64,000 bases of DNA from Botryllus schlosseri. Its lineage: Eukaryota. Positions 39,625-53,133 of the stretch are shown here, one piece after another. Position 1 is the stretch's first letter. Every line of letters begins with the position of its first letter. Location: assembly GCA_051294905.1 (NCBI GenBank), contig CM119371.1, positions 27,282,001-27,346,000 on the forward strand. Direction: 5' to 3'. Under the pieces are notes generated by a model. The model saw nothing but the letters and a program-made list of their open reading frames with translations, was not told where the DNA came from and did no database searches. The position numbers and the translations under genes were made by a program.

Positions 39625-42600
39625 GAACGCGGAACATTTCAGAGTGGTCTTAATTGCCAAGTGCAGTAGCTTTTAAACGGTTCAGGCCCTCCCCATACCT
39701 TCTCTCTTCTCCGGTCGCCTATACGAACCGGATTCTATCCCTGTTGGCGACAAACGTGTGGTCGTCCGCAATGGTATCATTTCATCCTCTGCCAAAATAC
39801 ATACTCGTATCAATTTTGTGATATCAGAATATATCCGGACGACGTCGAATGTATCCATACCGACGTTTTGTTTACTCCAAATGTTGGTGCGTAAAATCGA
39901 GCACTATGAAGTGATACGTAACAACTCAAGAAATGCATTGCAATGTTAAGTATCTTCATTCTATGCGACCGCAATGAAAAGATCAGTTACACTTTATCAA
40001 TTTTTTTTCAATTCTTTATCACTCTATACTAGGACATTACGGGTTTCTATGACAGCGGTGTGGTTCGATAAGTACTTCCCATAAATATCATTTTCGTGAA
40101 TATACTTAGTGCATATCTATGCGCGACATATGATTTGGGTACTGTAATGCTGATACGATAGGGTCACCATATTTTGGAATCGGGAAAGGAGGAAATTTTT
40201 ACCAAATAACAAAAGTTAGTTGATCTAAACTCAAAACAGCGGCTTTTTGCGGAGTTGAGTAAAAAAGATCATTCATTTCGGCTCCATTTTCCGCCCTTTT
40301 TACTTAAATTTGCAGATGTTGACTAAAAAAAAATCGTCACTTCCGTTCAAACCACGAATTTCCCGTTCGAACTGCAATATTAGCTATTGTTCGTCATTTA
40401 TGTCGATTTTCAGTCGTACCTGTTCAGTATCCTAGTTGTAGAATCAGTAACGGAGGACGACTCGCCAAAATGCAGGAGATTTTCGGCGTCCTCGCAGGAC
40501 ATTTAAAAAAACATAAAATAGGAGGACAAATTATCCTAAAGGAGGACGTAGGGTAACCCTATGATATCAAAGGGTGCGAAGCTTCATTTAGTTTGAAAAT
40601 AATGCATCGAAACGTTCATTCTAAAGTGATACATGTGTCTTTTTTGTACCATGTACATAATAACGACAGTCGAAATCGGCTCGACCTATTCGGCTTGAAT
40701 CAGTACAAATAACAATATTATCACTGGTCAACACATATTTTCTGGCCGACAGAGTAAGAGTGGTTTTGGGGGTTCTGATAGGGCACTGATTCGGAATATG
40801 ACCTTATTCTTTCAAATTGGCTCTATTTTTGAAGATAATTCGGATAAAAACTCGGTTCAGTCGTACTATAAAGTTCACAAATTCAATCTACCTGGTATTT
40901 TGACACGCTTAAGAGGGTTTTAAATCAAAATACAACAACATAATTATATTTTGGGATATAAGATTCATCATAATTGGAGACTTTCACGGATATCATGTGC
41001 ATAAATAAACTTCAATCATGTATATAAGTATTTACCCAAATACTCAAAAGAACTTTGCATTAATAGAATCAGTTTCATGTCAACCACCTATTTAAAATTT
41101 AAAATAACCAGTTGGAATATACTATATAGTATTGATAACCTATATTGAAACAAAATCGGTTCTTGTACTATTTTCGGTTTTGAGCAATTCAGGGTAGTTT
41201 TTCGAAAGGTTCCAGCAATAGTCTGCTATAATATGTTCATCGCATCTCCACTGATATCTTTCTCAAGTTGTTTTGATCTATCGGTGGAACCTTTCCCCTT
41301 TCCATTCCCTCTAATCAACAATATTATCGGAAAATACATCAAGATGAGTGAATAGGAAGTGCGATTTAATGCTCATGCTTGCTCCAAGGTTTCCATATGC
41401 AGATACCAATTCTCGGATCAACTGTGGGTAGTTGGGTGCTTTGTGATCTTCCAAAAAAGTTTTGATTACTACATGCTAGAAAGGATGCCATGCAGTGAGC
41501 ACCTTTCTTATTATGAATTTGTAATCCATTGTCCGTATTCGAATCTGAGATCCATCAAAGATTCAAGATTCATGCTTCTCGTTTGATGTGGATATTAGGT
41601 ATACCGGCTTTGTTGGCGTCACGGAAAATCATCATTTTACAAATGAGAAGAGATGAGACGCATATGAGTATTTTAAATAAGCTTTCCAGGGACAAACTTC
41701 ATAGTTTTATACTCCTCTTTCATCTTGGTAGAATGACCAATTGGTACAGGAGAAAATATACTTCCATTGTGCAATTGTACAATTTTTAGGCTTGACAGAC
41801 TGCAATTTTAACAAACGAAGTTCTCGCATCAGGTCATGTTAATATTGATTGAATAACTGAGAACGACATGAGTGTTTATCGCAGTCAATTAACCATTTAT
41901 GCGCAGTATAAAAGTAGAAAAATCTGAAAAAAATACTTCCTACCAAGTGAAATAGTCAAGGGTAAATACAGTGATTTAACCCTTTTGAGGGGTATAAATC
42001 TCTTCATTTCTAGAGCCAATCTAGTAAAACTAATGTGATATCCGTGATCAGCAACCTTGAAAACCCCAAAAACGTAAAAGCTAGTCCATTAAGTTTCAAA
42101 GCGTCAAAGTCGCGACGATTATAAAAGCGAGTCAACATAAGATCAGTTCACGAGTGAATATGTCAAAGGTACCACGTTCGTCACCAATTATATGATACCA
42201 CGAGATATTTCTCACGTAAAATACTTACCTCACAAGCAGTCAAATACTTACCTCACAGGCACATTGTAATTGTAACACAAATTTGTGACATTTTTACTGC
42301 ATACCAGCAGGGTTGTAACCAAGTCACAAGGTTTCGAGTCACAACTCAATCCTACTTTTATAGTTGGTTGTAAAATTTCGGTCCTTATTGTCCAAGTATC
42401 AGGACTGATAGACGATGTAGCAATAATGTTGTATACTATTCTTCAAAGGTGCATTGAAATGTATGTCTGACCGTCCTATTTTCGAGTCATATAACTTGGT
42501 TCCAGTCCTGCACAATTACTAGTACAAGTGGAGTCAATAAAAAAATTGACTCGAGTCGAGTCAAATCAAATCAAATCCTTCAACACATATTAAAAAAGGA

Positions 42601-43731
42601 CCGAGTCGAGTCACGACTCGAGTCATTACAACCCTGCATACCAGTGTTCAGCGAGACTACCGAGTGTTAGTGCAACTGACCGAGATTCTCTTCAGCGATG
42701 ATCCGCCTCTGCCTTGGTAGGTCATCCGAGACTGAATCTTCGGATGGGTGACGCGACAGTCGAAGAGTGCTACTTTCACCAACTGAATCAGATCATATCT
42801 TGACGTTAAATTTTTGACAATAGCAATGTATACCAGCTTTCAACCAATACTAGATTTTCAGCTTTTTTAGGCATGGTGAAGTTCATTATTGTAAAGCTGC
42901 GAAACATTTTTATAGTGATGGTGTGAACGTGAGGTTTATGTTCGACTGTTCGTGTTCTGTGTGTGAACCTGTGAAAGTGAAGAGGTTCAAAAACGAACCT
43001 TTATATGTGAAGCTTTTTTATGTATTAATATTTTACAAGTCATTATACCTTCTTTGGGTTGAAATTCTTTACATTTTAACTTCGGATTTTAACTGCGCAT
43101 GGCGCTGGCAGCGTCGAATGAAATTCAGCACGAAGCGAACATGTACCGTGCCAATTTCAAAACTTAATTGCTCGAAACATTGCTCGGAATATTCAGCTTT
43201 TCGTTTGTGAGTCTTCAGTGACATTTTGTGAACTTTGCCCGTAATCACACGATAACAAGAAAGAAGCGCTACATGAAATCAAGTCAGCGAATGGTGCTTG
43301 GTCAACCAATCAATGATTCAAATCAATTAACTTGACATCGCACCCTCAAAGGACAAAAGAAGACATACCCATACGTAGTGTTATTATGGCGGTACATTCT
43401 TTTGCATTCAACTGCCTCTACAATAGAAGGAGATTATTGTGTATTGGCTACGCTGGATTCAATTAAGATCGCGCTGTCTGAAATAACATATTCGATTTTG
43501 AGTAACAGCTTCTTGATGTATACCCTGTGCAATGGTGTTTCTCGAACCCTTGTAGCAATTTCCAAGTGTAGATTCAATATGATCATATATTTTGATGGAT
43601 CGATTTTCTACCTAAACCTAACACAATATTTCCCTACCTAGAGGTTTCATCTCTTTCATTATGACCAGTCCAAATATACCGTACACTGTAAATTAATTTG
43701 GTTGTTTTCGGCATGACCTATATTTCGTGGC
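39625..43731 (+). repeat. Tandem segmental duplication, copy 2
   Basis: Colinear with 33996-39394. Confidence 0.95.
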
Positions 43732-45706
43732 GAATAAAAATATTGATATAGTTAGGTCTCCATGGTATCACCGTTAATATCGTAGCTTTATACAGTATTC
43801 ATTTACTGAAAAACGCCACAAATATATAGTTAGGATTATACTCCTACCCGCCATTTCGTACGGTCGCCTGGTGCGTGTAATTCCCAGCATTGCATATCGC
43901 CGCTCCAGCCAGTCATCTGGTGAAGAAAACGCACAACGTGTGAGATTCCATGCATAGCCAGCGTTCACTAGTTCGATATATATACATGCGCATGAGATGA
44001 AGGGAGATGTATATGTAAATATTCCCGTCTTGAAATATATCCATGCGGATTACCAATATTGAGAAAGTGTGTGTACACTACACTACACTACACTACACAG
44101 GTAGAGGCAGGACAACGCCACCAAGTTCTATCCCATTATGACCAGAGGTTGTGTTTCCAAATGCTTTAACGCTACTTCAAGTGGCAGTTCAAAAGAAGTT
44201 GTACAAGTACACAATTCAGTGGTTTCAAAGAGCAGATATCTGCAGCTAATCGGAAGTGGTTAGTTTCGCGATTGCGGTGTGCTTATTCAAGAACAAAGGA
44301 AATAATAACCACAAATATCTAATTGTCTTAAAACACTTTCAGTTAATTACCGTGATATGGTGTAATTGGTGTATGACAATCTTACTTATAAAGGTGATCC
44401 CAAGTCCTGCTTTCTACTGAACAAAACGCAACTTCAAAAGGGTAGGTAGAAATGGAGGGAGTTTGAACTAGTAACCATTCATGCGTTCTCTCAGAATATT
44501 TTTTCTCGTTTATTGTAAAGCCATAACTACCGAGCAGTGATTACTGTGGCACATACGCTGGAAACAACTGGTCTGGTCTCGACTCCCCCCGTGAGAAATA
44601 CCAATTGTTGATCACTGACCGGAGTTTTCGTCTGACGAACTACTGTCCAATACAATGAATGACGTCGGTCGTCCATGTTGCATGGATTGAATCTCCAGCG
44701 GTGCCGAGCAACCCCCACGTATCGCTGTTGACCACTGAGACGCCGTTGATTCTCGTGTCAGTGTTCTTCTACAGCGGCCTGAATAAATTGACGTCGTCCT
44801 AACTAATATCAGCTAAAAGAATCACACTACAATTATGATACATTGCACTATACACTTGGTGAGCACACCATCGAAACTGGACACCACTAACCCACTTTTA
44901 ACTTTGTGTGGTTACTTTAATGCGGAAGCCAATATCAATGATAATTCCATGATTGCACTCCGTGAATTTGTTACAATGGCATGCTGGCTGAATCTTTCCT
45001 CGCGTAGAAAAAACTTTCAACGTGCGCAAGTTACGGGGTCTCTGACAGAGGTTTTCAGTTTATAGGGGTATCAGAATTGTATCAGAACATATAATGGCAC
45101 ATATTCCATACCCTTCTTGAGTGACCTTTTTTTCGATTCATTCATAAAATTTATAGGATGGCGACTGATGATACAATAGCCAAATCAAGCAAAATTGTTG
45201 CACCAAATAATCATGCAACAACTGAAACATGCCTACATGCAGAGACTCCTCATGCAAAAATCGCCTGTGATGTTTTATCGCAATAACGAGCTATTTGGAA
45301 GTGAAGATATCGATTCACGGGCAATATGTATGTACCCTCGAATTTGTAATTTCGAGCCTAAATTGAAACGTGATTTTATGGCAAAATTTTGAGTTAATAA
45401 TTATTCTTTTATTTTTGACGGTTGCAACCAAACATTCTTCTTTATCTTACTGTAGCTTAGGTTATATCAAACAAAAAGAAAAGTTTGAACACAGTTTTTT
45501 TGAGGGTATGTCTCATTGGACCCGGGCCGTGTGCCTTTGGGACCCACAGGGTAGGGACCGATAATATGTTCGAGAAACTAATTTTTGAAGTCCTTAACTA
45601 TATAGTTTAAAAGTGCCGATATCCATGCATATATGCACCATAGGTAGAGCTTGTATGGAAGTGTTGAGCAAGCAAAAGACCTGCTGTTATCGGCGAAAGA
45701 TTTTAT

Positions 45707-46290
45707 CAGGGTTGTAATGACTCGAGTCATGACTCGACTCGAGTCAGACTCGAGTCACGATTTTCGGATGACTCGACTCGACTCGAGTCATTTTCTCAAA
45801 ATATGGAAATGACTCGACTCGACTCGAGTCAATCTGTGTATTGACTCGACTTGGACTCGAGTCATTGCGCATGACTCGAAGCAAGTCATTGACTCGAGAT
45901 TCAGACGGCGAAGATCGACATTTCATTGTAATTTCGAAGCCAACACACTATTGGGATTTCATTTGTTGGTACTGGTGGTTGAAAATGCGACCAGAAACTG
46001 CTAAAAGTGAGGAAAATTGATATATTATAAATGCGAACCATGCAATATCACCAAACAGAGTCAAAAAAGTGGGTTTAGGAAGACTTTAACTGGAAACTGA
46101 GCAGTCAACACAATGACTTGGACCCGGACTCGAGTCATAATACCATGACTCGGACTCGATCCTCTGTTCGCTGACTTGGACTCGGACTTGACTCGGTGGG
46201 AATTGAAAATGACTCGACTTGACTCGAGTCAAAAATATAAAAGTGAGATTGACTTGTGACTCGGAACCTTGTGACTTGGTTACAACCCTG
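45707..46290. mobile_element. 584-bp GACTCGAGTC hAT MITE (young copy 2)
   Basis: Appears identical to 29029-29612; different TSD GATTTTAT. Confidence 0.95.
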
Positions 46291-46951
46291 GATTTTATGG
46301 CCAGAGATCATATCCCAATTTTTGATCCATAGTTACGACATCTCCCCTATTTCGCACCGAAATATAACTGTATTGAGCACGTGTATCTATATTTCTCAGT
46401 GAGTACGAGGTGATATGAAAGGGGATATTATTTTGATTCGACTGATACCAATGTTATGAATGCGCTGTCACAAAAGAGTGACTTCATCGCCGAAAGTCAC
46501 CACTTTGTCTACTTACACCTTAAGCGGTTACGCTCCGAACTATTTTCACTCCTTATTAAGGCGATCGTAATACTGCGTCCACACTTTTGATGCTGTGAAA
46601 TAAGAACTGTCGTTGAGAAATACGTTTGAATCCCTTTTATGGGTGTGATCTTCAATTCTCCCGCGAGTACAAATGCGCTTATCTGCAGTATCGTTAGGGA
46701 TTTGTGTTTGACGTGAAAATGAGTGTTACAACTCTGTATGTAGCTTCTCACGACGAGCTGAAAATCTGCCTTCTTGAACTAATGTCCGAGTAATTTTCTT
46801 GCCTTCTTGTAGTGTTGACAGAACTTGAAAATCTCTTGTTTTATGCTTACATAGAATAGCCTTCTTAAAACTATTAAACCAACATAGTGATGATTGTCCA
46901 CATTATTCGCCTCGTTCACGCCGCATTTACTGAATCAAACTATGCACTTAC

Positions 46952-49900
46952 CGGTTATTCGATTCCTGGAATCGTCGTCTGTCGTTTGCACACGCGACGG
47001 CAGTTCACGATGCAGAACCGCGGGAACGAATTTCAGAGGCGGCTGAACTGCAACCTTCTTCCGGCCTGGATTAAGATTGTTTCCGGTGTTCGCATGATAA
47101 TGCACGGATTCAAATTATACGAGGACATGGGGGAAATTAGCAAATCAGAACGGTAGTTTTTTCGGCGTTTTGCGGGCTGGTAAATCACAAAAGTAAATGT
47201 CTCGGACCGGTGAAATCTCAGACTTCAGAAATAAACCAGAATGTAATTACGGCAAAAGTATGCAAATGAAAACTAAGTATTAAGTTTCAAGTTAGCGGTA
47301 TAGCCTATTTGTCTATCATTGATATGGTATATTATTGATATGACACATGCTATGCATAAGTCAATTGCGATTTCTACAAGTAGAAGCCTAGATCAAACCA
47401 ATAACTTGATTGTTGCGAATTTCTCGTTAAAGGAATCGATTTCTCGTGTTTGTTTGATTCTGTCATACGGCCGAATTTCGCAAAATTGCAGTTTAATTTC
47501 GTTACATTTTGTTCAGATAGTCTTCGTAGTATTCACACGAGCTTTCAGCATGGCGACGCACCGCATATGTAGAATTCGAGTTGAAACTCGCTGAAAGCGT
47601 GTACGTATATATGTGCTCTTCAACCGGCTGTATCGTACAATCTAGGGTGCACCGGAATTTTCAATGGTGTACCACTGGTGTGGGTGATGTATCAGTTACC
47701 GCGACTAGCACACAATGAAATAACAAACTTTCAAGACGGAGGCGATATAGCAGGACCTGGCGATATAGTGTCGACTTCTGTCAGTCATCACCATGCTTGC
47801 AAGACCGAATGGTAGAACCGGAAGAGAGTGTTTGAGTTCTAATAACCATTGGCTTCCGGCCCCGGCTACCAGTGAACAAAACGCGTACACTGGATGTGTA
47901 GCGTTGGTAGAAAAGTTTGATGGGTGCACCATTCGGAAGACGCGTTGAAGAGAACACTGTCGGTAACTGCGTTCATTAATTCCAAGCAACTTCGAAATTT
48001 CCCGCATAAATTATGTTAATCAAGGTACGGGTCTCCAACCTCGTTAACATTATTCGATGTAGAACAACCTTGAAATATATTTGGCAGACCAACAGGAAAG
48101 CTGACGCGATAAGGCATCTGGGTCTTCTCTAATATTTGATCTGGACGATGTTTGATGTCTTTCAAAGAGACATCAGGTATGCGGTGATCATTGGTGTGGG
48201 CCACCAAGATCCGTGATTGCGTAGGAGTGGTGAACGCTTCACAGAAAACAGTTCTGTTGTAGATTAGTCTATATGTGATAAGCCTGCTTGGATTCCGCTA
48301 CCTTTGACGAGGAGAAGTCGGATCAGATCGCAATCATAACTCAAAAATATACACTAGCCATGGGCGCAATGTGGTGAAAGATTTATTATCCATCATAAAT
48401 TCGAGATGCCCTGTTTCTATTCAAAACACCAAGGCATTTTTCGTACTATTCTCAGCTGGTACAGTCGAAGAGTTACCGTTATCTCACCTTCCATCGATGA
48501 CCCACCTTTAGTATAGTTCCCAACCGGTGTCTCGTAATTCCTTCTCGAAAGAATCTGGTGCATTGGCGGACAATCTTCGCAAGCCAACACTTTCCCGCGA
48601 TACCCTTAGGATGACAGAGATGGTTAAGCTATAGTCGGCGTTGATAATAAGAAGTAGAAGGAGATGCAATGCCGCAAAGTCCTACCCACCTACATTAGAA
48701 GTAGCGATTTTAAATGTGAAAAGACCTTGAAATGGAAGTCGCATAAATAAAGTCACGACACTCTATTAAATGATTTAAGAGTAGAATTGAGTGACCTATC
48801 AGGGAATCAGAGGTGGTCACAGAAAAAAAGTGCGTGTCGGTATACTTTTAGAGCGCACTGAGATAGGTTTTCCCACTTGCCGTATTCGGTAATGTTTCAA
48901 ATAGAATCCACTTCATTTGAATCAAAAATCATACTTCAGGCACTTTGAGACTTTTTACCGCAGTACTTAGTTTTAGTGTATGTCTGCCAAACGTTTCTGG
49001 GGTGAAATTGTTATATTACATTTGCGAAATAGTTAAGCGATGCACTGTAACTAAATATATTTTTATAGAACGCACTTATTTACAATATAAGTGGTCATTT
49101 TTCGTCGTAAGTGGGACGATTAACTTTGAATTTTCGAAAATATACCCGACCCTAATTTACTGTTTGAAGTATTCGACCCCGCGATCAACTTTAACCGTAA
49201 ATATACCATTGGACTCTGACTTGTATTGGTAGTCGAATAAAGTGTAATTCCCACTTACAATATCATCACCTAAACCAGTTTCCCGACCTGCGTCACTCTG
49301 CGTCTCATTAATAATGGAGCTGGGATGAATGAAAATCTTCATGGCCAGTTGACACTCACATGTTTGGTCTCTTGGTGCAAGAGAGTCGGGGCTTTTCATT
49401 GAAATAGGTTCCCCAGCTCTCATGCTTCGTAGTTCATCTTCAGACACCAGGTTCCTGTGAATCCGAGTCATTTCGCGAGGACCAGTATCTGATAATGTAC
49501 CACTTTTAAACAATACAGTTGATAGCTTTCAATACAACATCAATTGCAGTAGAACATTTATTAAAACTCTCCGACTTTTCCGGTGCCTCTCTCCAAGATT
49601 TAACTGCACACTAATGGGATGGAAACAGATTCATCAGCTAAACCTGGGGCCGCCAAACCGTGGCCTGCGAACCAAATGTGTCCCGCAAGAAGGTTTCAAG
49701 TGACCCGCGACGTAATTCCATAGATTAGGTTATATTATAAATTAGTTATATTATTAAAAAAAATTTCTCAGCTAATTTATTACAAACTTGCAAGCCAAAC
49801 AAAAAATTTGATTAGTCTGACTGCGAAATTCGGGTTTTTGATGACTGATATATCAGTTCCGACGAATTGGCGTAGCCAGCGGCCCGACACATTTTTCGTA

Positions 49901-52900
49901 GATCTTCGCATATGACCATAAAGTAGAATAGTTTATGCAGATTTATTTGACTTAGAAATCTTTCTCGTACTCCGCGCAATTTATTGTCACTAGAATTCAT
50001 GCTTTTATTATTGGTAGCCTGTACCGTAGGCTGCTACCCCCTCCGGATAATTAAAAATACTACACAAACGAGTCTAACTATATCCGCAATTATTAGAGAA
50101 TGTGTCGTCCAATATATAACTTCGCGCCTGCACTCGCAGAACGATCGTCGGCGATAGATCTTTTGCACAGATCGACAGATGCATGTTCTCCCAAATCTTC
50201 GATATTGATATGTACACGCCCTGAATAACCCTGTCCTTGCAAAATGAGCTCAGCGGTATACAGATGCATCCCGCAATATATGCGAGTAACAACATTATTG
50301 AGCGAATACATTCATCATCTCTGAACAAATTTCGGGCAATTTTCAGGACGTAGTTGTTATTGATTTTGATTCGTAGAGAGATAAGTCTTGTTTTCAAAAC
50401 CTAATCCGGTTCATTGCTCACGGAAGACTTAAAAAGGCGATCAAAACTGAAGCGGCCCGCGCAATGGTTCGAAAATCTAATGTGGCCCTCTGGCCGAAAA
50501 GGTTGGTCGCCTCTATCAATAAAGTGGAGTTTGACGTAACAATCATAATAACACATCATGAAATTCGCATTGTAACAATGACAACAAAATTTGAATTATA
50601 ATGTAATATAATGCACACAATGTAACTACCACGACTACACCAAGAAACAAATCAAGCTAACGTCAAATGAGCAAGTCGTTCAAAATTCCCTTTTGTTTAC
50701 ATAAAATTGGCTAGGTCAACGTAATAATTGTTGACTTTAGTACTTTTAAATGAAACAATCTGCCTCGGGCATTGACAGTGAACATTTATCGTAGTAATTT
50801 TGCGCGCAGGAAAGGTTTTCACTTGACTGCTGACCGGGCGACGAGTATAGGCCTATGCCTGATAAAATCGTCATAAGAGTCTAGCTAACTTACATAGGCA
50901 TGCAAGCTACGCGCGGTCAGCTACGCATGTTTTCGATCGAATCAATTTTGCGATGTGTTACTTTATACGCTCAAACAATCGTTCGGATTTACGTCCTACA
51001 TACCTATTATCGCAGTCGCACTTGTATTCGTAGACGGCGTTACTTATTATCGCAGTCGCACTTGTATTCGTAGACGGCGTCCGTTTGAGAGTTTGGCAAA
51101 AGGGGTCTAGTTGATTCGATCGAAGACATGCGCACCTGAACGCACGGAAATTGCACGCCAATGACGAAATCTACTTCAGAAACTATTCGATATACTGCTA
51201 CCACAGAAGTTGTATTTGTTAATTCTATTTGAGTTGAGAACGCTGACTACTTCGATCATCTTTTCCATAACCACGCAATCTCGCCCAGGCAAAATATATT
51301 TTAAAAGAATCAAGACGCGAGTCTGGACACTGGACAGCTTACTCCGGCAGATGGAAGAACTATTTTTGGGGAGTAAGACGATATACAAACGCACATGTTA
51401 CCGATAACTGTTAAGTTAGAGTTCGAATTATTGAGCACCGACCGTGGTTTTTATGAGGAGCTATCTCCTCTTTTGTCAGCGTGTCGTATCCGGGACAGCG
51501 TTCAAGTGGTGTCGCGCGCTCCCGTTCCGAAGTAGACCGGTGACTTGGCGGACTGGATTCGCAAGCCAGAACTTTCTCGCGATACCCTGAAGGTAACCAG
51601 ATGCGGTTAATGCAGGCAGGCTCGATACAGTCATGGAAGTAGCATTTACGCTTGAATGGCAAACTATATTGAAACTAGATACAAGGGTTTCAAAGACCCG
51701 TGTAAACTCCGAAAAATTAATAAATCAAATGAAGGGCTTGAAAATTATCACGTTTGTAGTTAGTAGAAGTAGTCACGGGAGGTAATCATATTTTAGAGCC
51801 CTAAAGAGGACACTTTTTTTAAAGTTTCAATAAGAGAAATATATATGGGAAGTTTATTCAGATAATGCTTGGCATCTGGTATGTTGGCTAGGATAAGAAC
51901 AGGTGAACTTCCTACGCCGGTAGCTTTGAACCGGGTTCCGTTCAGTTAACCTTCTTCCATAATCCATAAAAATCCGATTTACACGTGTACTTCGGAGCGA
52001 ATTTACTTTTTTTAGTTGTCTTCGTATGTTAACTTAACACTCGACACAAAGCAAAAAAGGACGGAGTGCGGATAAAGATATCATGTGGATGTCCTCGGGG
52101 AACATTTTAGTATTATAGAGAAAAAAGAAGAATCCTCTCGAAAGAGGTATGGTATGTGGGAATCGGTCGTGATGTAGCCTACCATAATTCTAGCAACAAA
52201 TTCGGTTATTCGCAGGGAATCAGAGACGATTAGTAACGAAGTGCCTCTTTCTTTTAATGAGTACTTGAATGGGTTTACCCTGGTAGTGTTTTTAGACCAT
52301 GTCCACTTTTGTTTCCGAAAACTACTTACCTTTTACGTTCTGGATTTGGTGAAGCGGAAAGTTTAGTTTTTTCTATGTGTTTGCATCACCTTGGGGATAA
52401 CATATGGGCGAAACCGTGCTTAGGACACGGTAATTCAATGCACACATATTTGCAGTGTCATTGATCATTGTGCCTAAGTCGGGAAGAGGCAATCTACAGT
52501 GTAGACTACTCATCCCCCAATCAACTGCTAAGTATGGGACATATATACCAAATCTATTTCCTCTAACCACTTCGGAACTATCAAGTCTTTAATCGTCTAC
52601 TCACACTTGATTAATATTGACATGTTTCGAAAATAACTACTTCTAGTTGTAATTGAGGGAAGTTAACGAGTTGAATTTTACTTCTACTAGCATACTATCC
52701 TGACTATACCTTCACCACCATTATAGCGTAAAATATATCATAAAACGCTTTGAAATATTATTGTTTGATGAAGCATAATTATTGCTTACAGCACTATCAC
52801 ATAAACAGTATCCAGACCTTTATGCTCAGTATCAATCCTGGGTACATTGGGAAGAGAATAGATATTGTTATTCAGTTGAAACTCACATGCTAAATCTCGT

Positions 52901-53015
52901 GGTGCGTCGTTATCAGCGCCTTTCGGCTCAATACATTCCCCGGCTTTCATACGCCGCAGTTCTTCTTTAGTTACCAGGTTCCTGTGAAGCCGAGTCATTT
53001 CGCGAGTATCGGTAT
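46952..53015 (-). CDS. Host exons of a duplicated multi-exon unit: 53015-52887, 51586-51443, 49488-49360, 48604-48488, 47065-46952
   Basis: AG/GT-bounded phase-1 exons of 129, 144, 129, 117 and 114 nt; paralogous pairs REMTR(L/I)HRNLV and GYR(E/G)KVLACE. Confidence 0.65.
49624..50516. mobile_element. Degenerate Charlie-like hAT non-autonomous element
   Basis: Ends resemble the 406-1140 family (GGGGCCGCCAAACCGTGGCC ... GTGGCCCTC..AAAAGGTTGGTCGCCTC); TSD not confirmed. Confidence 0.5.
50640..51400 (-). mobile_element. Penelope-like retroelement relic (GIY-YIG endonuclease fragment) with a 2x40-bp tandem duplication at 51001-51080
   Basis: SNAVYEYKCDCDNRYVGRKSERLFERIK*H matches the Penelope VY-x3-C-x-C-x3-YVG-x-T-x-R-x-L-x2-R-x2-EH pattern; boundaries approximate. 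Confidence 0.7.
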
Positions 53016-53133
53016 CTGGAATATATGGCTTTTAATGGATTAAAGTGATCAGAAACGCAGAGATCTCAATCGCCATGTAGTCATAGTGTATAGTGTCATA
53101 GTGTAACACTATGCGACCCAAACATTATGTACG

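Noticed and set aside
44077..44098. (CACTA)n and (GAT)n (~33297-33318) microsatellites
   Set aside because: Short ordinary simple repeats
33045..44580. ~60-bp similarity between ~33050-33105 and ~44510-44575 (RPxVSSVCAT)
   Set aside because: Probably remnants of paralogous exons, but stops and unclear splice sites prevent a call
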